A stretch of 64,000 nt of DNA from an uncultured delta proteobacterium (GTDB taxonomy: Bacteria > Desulfobacterota > Desulfobacteria > Desulfobacterales > JAFDCJ01): NCBI GenBank assembly GCA_963769935.1, contig CAVYNY010000007.1, positions 32,001 through 96,000 of the forward strand. Reading direction: 5' to 3'. The notes beneath the pieces were generated by a model, which was given only the letters and a program-made list of their open reading frames with translations, did not search any database and was not told where the DNA came from. Both the position numbers and the translations under genes were made by a program. Numbering within the stretch: the first letter of the stretch is position 1; the number at the start of each line of letters is the position of its first letter. Below, one piece after another: positions 31,511-41,851 of the stretch.

Positions 31511-32129
31511 AATTTGTTTTTTTGTTGCGGGACTCAAGCAAGGGGATGAAGGTTTTCAAATCAAAACTGATATCCCGGAAATTGTGAAATGTGATATCTG
31601 TAAAGGGTAGATTCAATTTCGATCGCAGGATTTCAAACACTTCAAAGTAGTTCAATACGATTCGCCGCTCCCATTGCATGCCGATTTTTATGGCGACTTC
31701 TTTGATTTCCTGTTTGTCGCCTTCGATTTCCAGAAAACTACCGAACGGCATTTCATCGATACAGCAGACGGTGCCTTTTAAAGTGTATGAATCGCGCCAC
31801 TTCTCGTATATCTGTTCTTGGTGGTAGCCCAGCGATTCCAGAATTTGACCCATTATTGCAAAATCACTTACTTCGACTTCCAGCTCATTGAAAATTTTAT
31901 AGTTAACATCGTTGACAACAGGCTCACATTTGTAAGTCAGCGTTGTTTTTGTGTCTTGGCGTAGTCTCAAAAGGGACTTTTTTTCGATCAAACTATTTGT
32001 CCGATCTTCAAAACGGATATTGGTTTCAAACGAACGTCCTGCGGAATACGCCCCGAGGGTGCGAATTCGTTCGCGGGTGGTTTTAAGGTCGGACAGGAAA
32101 AATTTGACTTCAACTTCCAAGGATTCCAT
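31509..32129 (-). CDS. CYTH domain protein (class IV adenylate cyclase-like)
   Basis: EVEVKF (ExExK), LRLR, LTYK, ELEVEV, YEKWR, FLEIEG. Confidence 0.9.
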   Translation of the reverse strand: MESLEVEVKFFLSDLKTTRERIRTLGAYSAGRSFETNIRFEDRTNSLIEKKSLLRLRQDTKTTLTYKCEPVVNDVNYKIFNELEVEVSDFAIMGQILESLGYHQEQIYEKWRDSYTLKGTVCCIDEMPFGSFLEIEGDKQEIKEVAIKIGMQWERRIVLNYFEVFEILRSKLNLPFTDITFHNFRDISFDLKTFIPLLESRNKKTN

Positions 32130-32361
32130 TGCTGTTCGATTGCCTCCAACAACAAAGCGGCCTAATTTTAAGATTACTCCGGGAATTTTTCCGAGAGGGG
32201 TTCACGCAGCTGCCGGGCCGCTCGCAGATCTTTCGACTTAAACTGAATGCTGAAACCGCTTCAAATATTTTTTCATTTCTGGGCGGAAGACCGAGTTATA
32301 ATACATTTACAGCGCTTGCTTTTGCAATGTAATTATCATGTTATTTAAATTAGTTTTTCCC

Positions 32362-32390
32362 TTGACACCGTTAAAATTAGTATATATAAA
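32362..32390 (+). promoter_or_regulatory. sigma70 promoter of rplM-rpsI
   Basis: TTGACA-N17-TATAAA. Confidence 0.65.
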
Positions 32391-32423
32391 TACTGATTCA
32401 TTTAAAGATTGGAGTGGTAAACC

Positions 32424-32858
32424 GTGAAGAAATATACATACAGTGCTAAGAAATCGGATAATGATGGCAGGTGGTGTATGGTTGATGCCAGCGGCGCCGT
32501 TTTAGGTCGTCTGGCGTCTGTCGTGGCCGCGCGCCTGCAGGGCAAGCACAACCCCTTGTTTACGCCGCATGTCGATACCGGTGACTGGATCATCGTGATC
32601 AATGCCGACAAAGTAGTGCTTACCGGGAAAAAACTGGATCAAAAATGCTATTACCGGCACAGCGGGTATATCGGCGGTCTTAAGACGACCACTGCCAGAG
32701 AGCTCACCGAAAAACGTCCGGAAGATCTGGTGCGTTTTGCCGTCAAAGGCATGCTGCCCAAAAACAAACTCGGACGGAAGCAGTTCAAGAAGCTGAAAGT
32801 ATATGCCGGAGACCGGCACCCGCATGAAGCTCAGAATCCTGAAGTTCTGGAAATATAA
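32424..32858 (+). CDS. rplM: 50S ribosomal protein L13
   Basis: [31 protein letters not shown]. Confidence 0.98.
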   Translation: MKKYTYSAKKSDNDGRWCMVDASGAVLGRLASVVAARLQGKHNPLFTPHVDTGDWIIVINADKVVLTGKKLDQKCYYRHSGYIGGLKTTTARELTEKRPEDLVRFAVKGMLPKNKLGRKQFKKLKVYAGDRHPHEAQNPEVLEI

Positions 32859-32883
32859 ATAAAATTATTTTTAGGGGAATCCA

Positions 32884-33279
32884 ATGGAGCAAGAAAACGT
32901 TTTTTATGCAACCGGCAGACGCAAGACCGCCATTGCCAGGACGTGGTTAAAACCGGGCAGCGGTGAGATCATCATTAACAATCGTCCGGTGGAAGAATTT
33001 TTTCCGATTGAGACCATACGCAATGAAATGACCCATCCGTTTAAAATTACCAATACCTTGGGTTCCTATGATGTTAGAGCAACTGTCGTCGGCGGCGGTG
33101 TATCCGGTCAGGCCGGCGCCGTTCGGCACGGCATAACCAGGGCCCTGGTATTGGCCAACCCTGATTTGAGAATACCGCTGAAAAAAGCCGGCTTTATCAA
33201 GCGCGATCCAAGAGTCAAGGAAAGAAAAAAATACGGTCAGCGCGGTGCGAGAGCCCGATTCCAGTTTTCCAAGCGCTAA
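32884..33279 (+). CDS. rpsI: 30S ribosomal protein S9
   Basis: [26 protein letters not shown]...AR...QFSKR. Confidence 0.98.
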   Translation: MEQENVFYATGRRKTAIARTWLKPGSGEIIINNRPVEEFFPIETIRNEMTHPFKITNTLGSYDVRATVVGGGVSGQAGAVRHGITRALVLANPDLRIPLKKAGFIKRDPRVKERKKYGQRGARARFQFSKR

Positions 33280-33301
33280 TCCATTTTTATTGACGCTCTA
33301 T

Positions 33302-33334
33302 AAGGGAATAGACTATTGTCTATTCCCTTTTTTT
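33302..33334 (+). terminator. Intrinsic terminator after rpsI
   Basis: AAGGGAATAGAC-TATT-GTCTATTCCCTT followed by a T-tract. Confidence 0.88.
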
Positions 33335-33512
33335 ATCCCGATACTTCAGCATTCCTGCGGTTTAAATTCAAAAGTCCCTTTGGGGGCGAGCCAACATGTG
33401 GTCCTCAGGGCCGGATTTTTTTACCAGACGGAGCAGGTGACTTTCACTTGTATTGCGGAGTGATTTGTGTCATAGATTTTTCGAGTTGCATCCGAAAAAT
33501 GGAGGTAAAATC

Positions 33513-34295
33513 ATGCCGGTAAATAAAATCGATCTGAATTCCGATTTGGGGGAAAGCTTCGGAAATTATAAACTCGGCCTGGATGAGCAGGTCATCCCGC
33601 TAATCAGCTCGGCCAACATTGCCTGCGGTTTTCACGCCGGCGATCCATCGGTGATGAAGCACACGGTGGCGATTGCCAAAGAAAACGGCGTGGCCCTCGG
33701 CGCCCATCCGGGATTTCCGGACCTGCTCGGCTTCGGCCGGCGCAATCTGGAAGCTTCCCTGGATGAAATCAAAGATTATGTAACTTACCAGATCGGCGCT
33801 CTTCAGGCATTTGCAACTGCCCAGGGGATGAAATTGCAGCATGTCAAACCCCACGGCGCCCTCTATAACATGGCCGTTCGGAATCCGGATATATGGCAAG
33901 CTGTTGCCCAGGCCGTTGCCGCCGTGGACAGGCGCCTTATTTTATTTGTCCTGGCCGGTTCCAATCGCCGGGATCTGGAAGCCATCGCCGCCGGAAACGG
34001 AATTCGCATGGCGTTTGAGTTCTTTGGCGACAGAGCTTACAATCCGGATGGATCTCTGGTTTCGCGCAAAGAACCCGGTGCGGTGATTCATGATCAACAG
34101 GCCGTGGCGGCAAAGGTTCTGAAGATGGTCAAGGAGGGCAGGGTGGTTTGCCGGGACGGCTCTGAAATTGAAATGGCGGCGGATACCATCTGTGTGCACG
34201 GCGACAACCCGGCTGCGGTGGCGTTGGTGAGAACAATCCGCGAGAGCCTGCAGGCATCAGGGGTCGAGATTGCTGCGCCGGAAACGTTTTTGTAG
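33513..34295 (+). CDS. pxpA: 5-oxoprolinase subunit A (LamB/YcsF)
   Basis: IDLNSDLGESFG, ANIACGFHAGDP, HVKPHGALYN, TICVHGD; GGAGG RBS. Confidence 0.95.
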   Translation: MPVNKIDLNSDLGESFGNYKLGLDEQVIPLISSANIACGFHAGDPSVMKHTVAIAKENGVALGAHPGFPDLLGFGRRNLEASLDEIKDYVTYQIGALQAFATAQGMKLQHVKPHGALYNMAVRNPDIWQAVAQAVAAVDRRLILFVLAGSNRRDLEAIAAGNGIRMAFEFFGDRAYNPDGSLVSRKEPGAVIHDQQAVAAKVLKMVKEGRVVCRDGSEIEMAADTICVHGDNPAAVALVRTIRESLQASGVEIAAPETFL

Positions 34296-34347
34296 ATGCG
34301 AATTTGGGCCGTGGCGCCTGGAAAGCCATGCTGATGAGAAATGGTAT

Positions 34348-34589
34348 AAATTACAAATTCCAAGCACCAACTTCCAAATAAATTCCAAATCACAATGATC
34401 AATAACCGAAACCGGCAACCAAGCAGGTCCAGCTGGTTAGTTTTCGGTGTTAAGAACTCGCGTACGTTCGTGATCAGGGATCGCTTTTTTATAAGAAGCA
34501 ATAACCAAAACCTGTTGAAGTGCAGTTTGGAATTTTGAATTTTGGGTATTGGAATTTGTTTGGGATTTGTTATTTGGAATTTGTAATTT
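34348..34589. repeat. Family A palindromic element, 112-nt spacer
   Basis: Arms homologous to the copies at 20244 and 44873; sits between pxpA and pxpB. Confidence 0.85.
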
Positions 34590-34670
34590 TGATTAACGTC
34601 TGCCTCTAGAACTGAACCATATAGCCGGATGGTTCATGGGAAACTCCATGAGCCTCAATGGCATCTTAGC

Positions 34671-35366
34671 ATGCTCTACAAAGAACCCATATTCCGTCTC
34701 ATGGGAGACCGCGCCCTTCTGGTCGAACTGGGGGATGAAATCAGTCCCGCCGTGAACCAGAGCATTCAGGAACTTTTTGCCGGATTAGACATTCAAAAGC
34801 CCCAAGGGATTCTCGAACTGGTACCCAGCTACCGATCCTTGCTGGTGATCTGTGATCCATTGGTTGTATCCCTGGCGGATCTCAAGCTTACCATAATTGA
34901 AATCCACAATAATCTGGATAGATCGCAATTGCCGGCACCGCGGACGGTCAAAATCCCGGTGGTATACGGCGGCAATTACGGGCCGGACCTGGCAGCGGTG
35001 GCAGCGTATCACCACATGAGCGCCGAGGAGGTGATCGGTTATCATACCCAAACAACCTACCGGGTGTATATGATCGGCTTCACGCCGGGATATCCCTATC
35101 TGGGTGAACTGCCGGATGCCATTGCCACCCCGCGGCGCCAAACCCCGCGAACCCTGGTACCTAAAGGATCGGTGGGGATAGCCCAAAAGCAGACCGGCAT
35201 TTACTCGGTTGACAGCCCGGGCGGGTGGCAGATTATCGGATGGACCCCCATCCCGCTCTTTGATTCGCGAAGCAATCCGCCGAGTCTGCTGGTAATGGGA
35301 GACCGGGTTGAATTTCATTCGATAACCGCTGAGGAAGCTGATCGATGGCAGCCGCACAGATTATAG
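34671..35366 (+). CDS. pxpB: 5-oxoprolinase subunit B (KipI-like)
   Basis: GDRALLVE, VPSYRSL, GPDL, IGFTPGYPYL, SPGGWQIIG.T. Confidence 0.93.
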   Translation: MLYKEPIFRLMGDRALLVELGDEISPAVNQSIQELFAGLDIQKPQGILELVPSYRSLLVICDPLVVSLADLKLTIIEIHNNLDRSQLPAPRTVKIPVVYGGNYGPDLAAVAAYHHMSAEEVIGYHTQTTYRVYMIGFTPGYPYLGELPDAIATPRRQTPRTLVPKGSVGIAQKQTGIYSVDSPGGWQIIGWTPIPLFDSRSNPPSLLVMGDRVEFHSITAEEADRWQPHRL

Positions 35367-36307
35367 AAATACTGTCGCCGGGTGCTTTGACATCGGTTCA
35401 GGATCTGGGGCGCTACGGCTACGGCCGGTTCGGCGTTGCGCCCAGCGGTGCGCTGGATGCATTTGCGCTTCGCGTCGCCAATCTGCTGGTCGGCAATCGC
35501 CAGGATCAGGCCTGCCTGGAGTCGATGCTGCTGGGCCCGAGGGCCAGGGTTTTAACCGATATCGTGGCGGCTGTTGCGGGCGGCGACTTGCAGCCCCGGC
35601 GCAACGGGCAGCCGATCCGGATGTGGCAGCCCTATGTGTTTAAAAGAGACGACATCTTGTCATTCAGGACGCCGCTCAGCGGGTTCAGGGCCTATATTGC
35701 CGTTGCCGGCGGCATCGATGTACCGGTTGTCATGGGCAGCAGGTCAACCAATCTGCCCTCCGGCTTGGGCGGTTATCAGGGACGGCAGTTGAGAAAAGGC
35801 GATGTCCTGCGGTCGGAATCGACCGGCTGTGATGTGGACATTACCGGTCGTGTCATTAATTCCGGCTGGATTCCGCAATATTCAAACAAATGGATTTTAC
35901 GGGTGGTCTGGGGGCCGCAGGATGACCATTTTCCGTCTAAAAGCCGGGATCTTTTTTTGAACTCCGTTTTTAAAATGTCGCCCGAATCCGATCGAACCGG
36001 CATCCGGCTGCAGGGCCAGGCGATACCGCCCAACGCAGACATCGCAGAATCGATCATTTCAGAGGGCGTCGTCTCGGGTTCCATTCAGATTCCGGGCGAC
36101 GGCCAACCCATTATTATTTTAGGGGAGACGGTGACCGGCGGCTACCGTAAAATTGCCACCGTGATTTCAGCCGATCTGCCGCTGCTGGGCCAAATCAAAC
36201 CGGGCGATGAAATACGATTCACCGCTGTTTCTTTGGAAGCGTCCTATCGAGCACTGCGGGAAACGGAAGACCTGATCCGCCGAATCGAACAGAGCTTATC
36301 GGTTTGA
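35345..36307 (+). CDS. pxpC: 5-oxoprolinase subunit C (KipA-like)
   Basis: SVQDLGR.G, SGALD, AN.LVGN, DRTGIRL, GSIQIP.DGQPII, TGGY.KI. Confidence 0.93.
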   Translation: MAAAQIIEILSPGALTSVQDLGRYGYGRFGVAPSGALDAFALRVANLLVGNRQDQACLESMLLGPRARVLTDIVAAVAGGDLQPRRNGQPIRMWQPYVFKRDDILSFRTPLSGFRAYIAVAGGIDVPVVMGSRSTNLPSGLGGYQGRQLRKGDVLRSESTGCDVDITGRVINSGWIPQYSNKWILRVVWGPQDDHFPSKSRDLFLNSVFKMSPESDRTGIRLQGQAIPPNADIAESIISEGVVSGSIQIPGDGQPIIILGETVTGGYRKIATVISADLPLLGQIKPGDEIRFTAVSLEASYRALRETEDLIRRIEQSLSV

Positions 36308-36360
36308 AGCTTTTTTGGTGGTAATTGAACCGACAGGCATCAAACAAAGGAGGATGGAAA

Positions 36361-37824
36361 ATGGCAACCAACAACTATAAGATGTACATCAATGGTGAGT
36401 GGGTTGGCAAAAATGAAAATTTTGCCGATTATAATCCTGCCAACGGGGCCGTCTGGGCCGAAATTTCCAACGGCACGCGCGATGATGCGAAAAAAGCCAT
36501 TGCGGCCGCGGCCGCCGCGCAGGCAGAATGGGCGGCTTTGCCTCACCCGCAGCGGGCCGGCTATCTGCTGAAGGCAGCCGATCTGCTGGAAAAGCGCCAG
36601 ATGGATTTCGTAAACGCGCTGATCGATGAAGGCGGGGGGTGGATCGGCAAGGGCATGTTTGAGAGCGGCTATACGCCCGGCATCTTTCGGTCCGCCGCCG
36701 CCGCGGTCTACCAGATGACCGGCGAGATCCTGCCTTCGGACCACGGCAAAATAAGCATGGTGGTCCGCCAGCCGCTGGGCGTCGTGTCGGTGATCTCGCC
36801 GTGGAATTTTCCGCTGTTGCTTTCTGCGCGCGGCTTGGCGGTCGCCCTGGCGGTGGGCAACACGGTCGTGCTGAAGCCTTCGGAGGAAACCCCGGTGGCC
36901 GGCGGCCTGCTGATCGCAGAACTCTTCGAGGAAGTTAAACTGCCGAAAGGGGTTTTTAATGTGGTGACCTGTTCACGGGACAATGTGGCCGAGGTCGGTG
37001 ATGAAATGGTAGTCAATCCGCGGGTGGGTGCCGTCAGCTTTACCGGATCGACAGCCGTCGGCAGGCAGTTGGCCGCCAAAGCCGGGCAGCTGCTCAAGAA
37101 AGTCTGTATGGAACTGGGCGGCAAAGATTCCCTGATCATTCTCGATGACGCCGACATGGAACTGGCACTGAATGCAGCCACGTTCGGCACCTTTATGCAC
37201 CAGGGACAGATCTGTATGTCGGTGGAGAAAATCATCGTCGATGAATCGATTGCCGACGAGTTTACCGAGCGGTTTGTGGCCAAGGTGAAAACGCTCAATG
37301 TCGGCAACCCCCGGGAGATGCCCAATGTGATCGGGCCGATTATCAACCAGCGGCAGCTGGATAAAATTCACGGGCAGGTTACCGATGCCGTCGAAAAAGG
37401 TGCCCGGCTTTTGACGGGCGGCACTTTCGAAGGTTTGTTTTACCGGCCGACGGTACTGACCGGCATCAAACCTGAAATGCGCATTTATCAGGAAGAAAAC
37501 TTCGGTCCGGTGGCACCGATTATTACGGTCAAGGGTGTCGATGAAGCGGTTGCGGTGGCCAATGATTCGGAGTACGGCCTTTCAGCGGGCATTATCACGC
37601 GCGACGAGGAAAAGGGTCTTGCGGTAGCCCATCGCCTGCAAACGGGCATGGCGCACGTCAATGACAGTTCGGTGAATGACGAGCCGCATGTGCCGTTTGG
37701 CGGCGTTAAAAACAGCGGCCTCGGACGCCACGGCGGCAGGGCATCCGTGGAGGCCTTTACCGAGCTTCGCTGGTTGACGCTGGAGCGGGGCGGCACGCAT
37801 TATCCGCCGCCGTTCGTCGTGTAG
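36361..37824 (+). CDS. NAD(P)-dependent aldehyde dehydrogenase (benzaldehyde/vanillin dehydrogenase-like)
   Basis: PWNFP, FTGS, MELGGK, HQGQICMS, EENFGP, PFGGVK.SG.GR. Confidence 0.9.
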   Translation: MATNNYKMYINGEWVGKNENFADYNPANGAVWAEISNGTRDDAKKAIAAAAAAQAEWAALPHPQRAGYLLKAADLLEKRQMDFVNALIDEGGGWIGKGMFESGYTPGIFRSAAAAVYQMTGEILPSDHGKISMVVRQPLGVVSVISPWNFPLLLSARGLAVALAVGNTVVLKPSEETPVAGGLLIAELFEEVKLPKGVFNVVTCSRDNVAEVGDEMVVNPRVGAVSFTGSTAVGRQLAAKAGQLLKKVCMELGGKDSLIILDDADMELALNAATFGTFMHQGQICMSVEKIIVDESIADEFTERFVAKVKTLNVGNPREMPNVIGPIINQRQLDKIHGQVTDAVEKGARLLTGGTFEGLFYRPTVLTGIKPEMRIYQEENFGPVAPIITVKGVDEAVAVANDSEYGLSAGIITRDEEKGLAVAHRLQTGMAHVNDSSVNDEPHVPFGGVKNSGLGRHGGRASVEAFTELRWLTLERGGTHYPPPFVV

Positions 37825-37862
37825 ACGATCGTCCAAACATCTAAAAAAGGAAAGGATGTAGT

Positions 37863-40523
37863 ATGGAACACTACAGGCTTTTTATCAACGGGGAATTTGT
37901 CGATGCTCAAAGCGGTGAGACTTTCGAATCCATTGATCCGGGAACCGGGCTTGCTATTGCCACCGTAGCAAAGGCCGGCGCGGCCGAGGCCGAAGCGGCC
38001 ATCTCCGCGGCGCGGCGGGCGTTCGACAGCGGGACCTGGAGCGGGCTGACACCGGCCGCCCGGGCGGAAAAGATCTATGATTTTGCCGATCAGATCACCC
38101 AACAAACCTTGCGTCTGGCGGTCACCGAAGCCATGGATTCCGGCCAGGTCATCGGACTGACCAAGTACTGGGGCATGCTCGGCTCCCAGCTGCTGCGCAA
38201 TTTCGCCCACTATGCGGCCACCAGGTTCCCCTGGGAAGAAGAAATTCCCTATGCCGGCAACGTCTTTGCCCCCGGTCGCGACTTTATCCGCCGCGAACCG
38301 GTGGGTGTCTGTGTGGGAATCATCCCGTGGAATTTTCCGCTGAGCATGGCTTTTTGGAAGATCGGCCAGGCCATTGCGATGGGCAACACCATCGTGTTGA
38401 AACCGGCCTCGTCTACCCCTCTCGGCGCTCTCATCATCGCGGAGGCCGCCCAGGCAGCCGGCATTCCCAAGGGAGTCGTCAACATCCTGGCCGGGCCGGG
38501 CGCGGAACTGGGCCAAATCCTCTGCACCCATCCCGCCGTAGACAAAATTGCCTTTACCGGCAGTACGCAGGTCGGACGGCAAATCATGAAAATGGCCGCC
38601 GATACGGTCAAAAAAGTCACCCTCGAGCTGGGCGGCAAGTCAGCCAATATCATCCTCGACGATGCCGATATGGACCTGGCGGTCGAAGGCGCCTGCTTCG
38701 GCACATTTTTTCACCAGGGGCAGGTCTGCGACTCCGGCACCCGTGTCCTGGTTTCGTCCGGGATTTACGATGAGTTTATCGACCGGATGAAAAAACGCAC
38801 CGAGAATCTGCGGGTCGGCTATCAGCTGGATCCGGCATCCCACCTGGGTCCGTTGGTCAATGCCACCCAGCTGGCCACGGTGGAACGCTATGTTGCCCTG
38901 GGACGTGAAGAAGGCGCGCAGCTGCTGACCGGCGGTCGTCGGATCGAAATTGCCGGGATGGCGAACGGGTTCTATTTTGCGCCCACCGTCTTTGCGGACG
39001 CCAGGAACAGTATGCGCATCGCCCGGGAAGAGATTTTCGGGCCGGTGGTCTGTGTTTTAAAATTCGACAGCGACGAAGAAGCCGTCGCGATCGCCAATGA
39101 CTCCATGTACGGTCTGGCCGGCGGCGTGTTTTCCGGCAGCAACGCGCGCGCCGATCGCATCGCCCGCCGGATTCAAACCGGGACCATGTGGATCAATAAC
39201 TACCACGCCTTCGGCGATTTTTGTCCTTTCGGCGGGTACAAGCAGTCCGGCGTCGGCCGGGAGCTGGGCCACAGCGGGTTGGCCGAATACACCCAGATCA
39301 AACGGCTGCATGTAACCGCCAGCGCGGATCACCAGAGCAATTTTACCATGAAAATACTCGCCGACGATCCGCGGGTGCCCTTTATGCAATATATTTCACC
39401 TACCCTGGTCATCTCCGGCCACGGGTGTTTGTCTTCAATTTACAAGGAAGTTGTCAGGCTCAACTGCCGCCGGGCGCTGATCCTGACCGATGCCGGCGTC
39501 CGCCAGGCCGGATTGACGCGCCTGGTCGAGGAAGCTCTGGCGGATTTTTGCGTAGGCGTCTTTGACGCCATCTCGCAGGATACCGATCTGGCTACAGTGG
39601 ATGCAGCCGTGGCATTGGCCCATGAAAGACAGGCAGACTGCATCGTCAGTGTGGGCGGCGGCAGCGTCATCGATACGGGCAAGGCGGTCTGCGTGACCCT
39701 GAAAAACGGGGGCCGCGCAAATGACCATATCGCCCTGATGCGGCTTAGCGAGCCGCAGACGCCGCATATCGTGGTTCCCACGACCTCGGGCACCGGCAGC
39801 GAAGTAACCAGTGCGGCCGTTATAAAAAGCAAGACGGCGGGGCGCAAGGTTTATATCGTCGATAACTATATCGTTCCGAATACGGCCATCCTGGACCCCC
39901 GTTTTACCATGACCCTGCCGGCATTTTTGACTGCCAGCACTGCCATGGATGCCATGACCCATGCCGTGGAAGCGCTGACCAGCATCATGTCAAACCCCAT
40001 TTGCGATGGACACGCCCTACACGCCATCCGTTTAATCGCAGAAAATCTGCCCAAAGTCATTGCCGACGGGAAAGATGAAAAGGCCCGCATCAATATGCAG
40101 CTGGCTGCTACCATGGCCGGTTGGGCCTTCAATATTGCCCAGGTAGGGCTGGCCCACTCCATGGCACACACGGTGGGCATGCTGCACAACGTTCCCCACG
40201 GAGCGGCCTGCGGCATCGTCCTGCCGGCGGTGATGCGCTATAACGTCGATCATGCCGCCGTCAAGCTGGCTCTGGTGGCCCAGGCGCTGGGAGTCAACAT
40301 TCACGGCCTGCAGGAACGCGAAGCGGCTCTGGCCGCTGCCGATGCCGTGGAAGCGCTGATGAAGGCCGCGGGCCATCCGCTGAAATTACGCGACGTGGGC
40401 GTTCCGGAAGAAGGCTTGGATCTGGCTGCTTTTCACGCGATTGCCGACACGCCTTCGCTTTTTAATGCGCGACCGGTCAATGATCCGGGGCAGGTGGCCC
40501 AGCTTTTCCGGCAGGTATACTAG
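37863..40523 (+). CDS. Fusion of a non-acylating aldehyde dehydrogenase and an iron-containing alcohol dehydrogenase
   Basis: N-terminal half: PWNFP, LELGGKS, GQVC, EEIFGP, PFGGYKQSG. C-terminal half: GGGSVID, PTTSGTGSE, DAMTHAVE, HSMAH, HG. Confidence 0.88.
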   Translation: MEHYRLFINGEFVDAQSGETFESIDPGTGLAIATVAKAGAAEAEAAISAARRAFDSGTWSGLTPAARAEKIYDFADQITQQTLRLAVTEAMDSGQVIGLTKYWGMLGSQLLRNFAHYAATRFPWEEEIPYAGNVFAPGRDFIRREPVGVCVGIIPWNFPLSMAFWKIGQAIAMGNTIVLKPASSTPLGALIIAEAAQAAGIPKGVVNILAGPGAELGQILCTHPAVDKIAFTGSTQVGRQIMKMAADTVKKVTLELGGKSANIILDDADMDLAVEGACFGTFFHQGQVCDSGTRVLVSSGIYDEFIDRMKKRTENLRVGYQLDPASHLGPLVNATQLATVERYVALGREEGAQLLTGGRRIEIAGMANGFYFAPTVFADARNSMRIAREEIFGPVVCVLKFDSDEEAVAIANDSMYGLAGGVFSGSNARADRIARRIQTGTMWINNYHAFGDFCPFGGYKQSGVGRELGHSGLAEYTQIKRLHVTASADHQSNFTMKILADDPRVPFMQYISPTLVISGHGCLSSIYKEVVRLNCRRALILTDAGVRQAGLTRLVEEALADFCVGVFDAISQDTDLATVDAAVALAHERQADCIVSVGGGSVIDTGKAVCVTLKNGGRANDHIALMRLSEPQTPHIVVPTTSGTGSEVTSAAVIKSKTAGRKVYIVDNYIVPNTAILDPRFTMTLPAFLTASTAMDAMTHAVEALTSIMSNPICDGHALHAIRLIAENLPKVIADGKDEKARINMQLAATMAGWAFNIAQVGLAHSMAHTVGMLHNVPHGAACGIVLPAVMRYNVDHAAVKLALVAQALGVNIHGLQEREAALAAADAVEALMKAAGHPLKLRDVGVPEEGLDLAAFHAIADTPSLFNARPVNDPGQVAQLFRQVY

Positions 40524-40591
40524 GTTTCTACGGTACTATTGCTATAAATAGGTTAATATACTGCTGACAAAAGTTCTTAAAAACCTGGACC

Positions 40592-40676
40592 TGGAGTACT
40601 GGAGCATTGGAGTATTGGAGTATTGAAAAATAAGCCATCAATACTTCAGGCATCACTCCATCACTCCAGCACTCCA
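40592..40676. repeat. Family D palindromic element (TGGAGTAT/ACTCCA octamers)
   Basis: TGGAGTACTGGAGCATTGGAGTATTGG ... CACTCCATCACTCCAGCACTCCA. Confidence 0.8.
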
Positions 40677-40761
40677 ACATGTCCGGAAGAAATCACGCCT
40701 CGGCGTAACGAAGTCGGCCATTCGGAAATTTTATGACTTTATTCGATACAGGATAACTCCT

Positions 40762-41775
40762 ATGAGCAAAATGATCATTAAAGGATCCTTCGTCGCTTTG
40801 ATCACGCCCTTTAAAAACGACGGTTCGGTCGATATAGAGGGATTCCGCCAACTGATTGAATTTCAGGCGCGCAACGGCACCAGCGCGCTATTGATCATGG
40901 GCTCGACCGGTGAAGTGTCGCTGCTCTCAGGGGAAGAGCGGCAGCAGGTCATCTCCGAAACAGTGGCGTTCAGAAAAGCCGGCCTGCCGCTTTTCTACGG
41001 CTGTACCGGCAACAACACCCGGGAGACGATCAGGATGGTTGAATACGCCGCCAAGGCCGGGGCCGATGGTGCCATCATCACTGTCCCATCCTACATCTAT
41101 GCTCCGGTTGAGGCTGCGATCATGTATTTTATGGAAGTGGCCGACGCCAGCCCCATTCCGGTGGGAATTTACAATAACCCGGTGCGCGTAGGCACGGACC
41201 TGCCGCCGGAAGCCATCATTGAACTGGCCGGTCACCCCAATATCGTCATCGACAAAGAGGCCATGGCCCGCCCCGGCCAGATTGCCCAAATTCTGGCAGC
41301 TGAAAAAGAAATGTCGCTGATGTGCTGCGACTCGCCAAACCTGGGCCTGGTGCCGGCGGTAATGTCCCTGGGCGGCCAGGGAACCGCCAATATGTCGGGC
41401 AATATTGCACCGCGGGAGATGGCCGCTATCTCCAAACCCTGGGAGACCTATGCGGATGCGGTCAATTTCCGGCAGACCTACCTGAAAATGCTGCCCCTGA
41501 TTCAGTTCAACTATTGCCGGGTGAATCCGGTGCCGGTGAAATCCCTTGCCAAAGCCCTTGGAATGCCGGCGGGCGACCTGCGCAAACCCTATCTGAATAT
41601 GACCGGCCCGGCGTTGCAGCGCGGAGTGGAAATCGTAAAAAAACTGGGTTTGGTCGCGCAGTACGATTTTCAGATCAATGAGAATGATTTCGCGGATCAG
41701 CAAGCATCTGCCTCGCTGAATGCATCGGCAGCCTCCCAGGTGCAGACGAATCCGGGGAAATGCTTTATCGGTTGA
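40762..41775 (+). CDS. DapA/NanA-family (dihydrodipicolinate synthase-like) lyase
   Basis: ALITPF, GSTGE, YNNP, Schiff-base lysine in DKEA, NPVPVK. Confidence 0.85.
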   Translation: MSKMIIKGSFVALITPFKNDGSVDIEGFRQLIEFQARNGTSALLIMGSTGEVSLLSGEERQQVISETVAFRKAGLPLFYGCTGNNTRETIRMVEYAAKAGADGAIITVPSYIYAPVEAAIMYFMEVADASPIPVGIYNNPVRVGTDLPPEAIIELAGHPNIVIDKEAMARPGQIAQILAAEKEMSLMCCDSPNLGLVPAVMSLGGQGTANMSGNIAPREMAAISKPWETYADAVNFRQTYLKMLPLIQFNYCRVNPVPVKSLAKALGMPAGDLRKPYLNMTGPALQRGVEIVKKLGLVAQYDFQINENDFADQQASASLNASAASQVQTNPGKCFIG

Positions 41776-41851
41776 AGGTTATCAATATAGATAGATCCGT
41801 TTGATATGTGAATGCCGTTCGTTAACTATCTGCTGTATACAAGGAGTCGTT

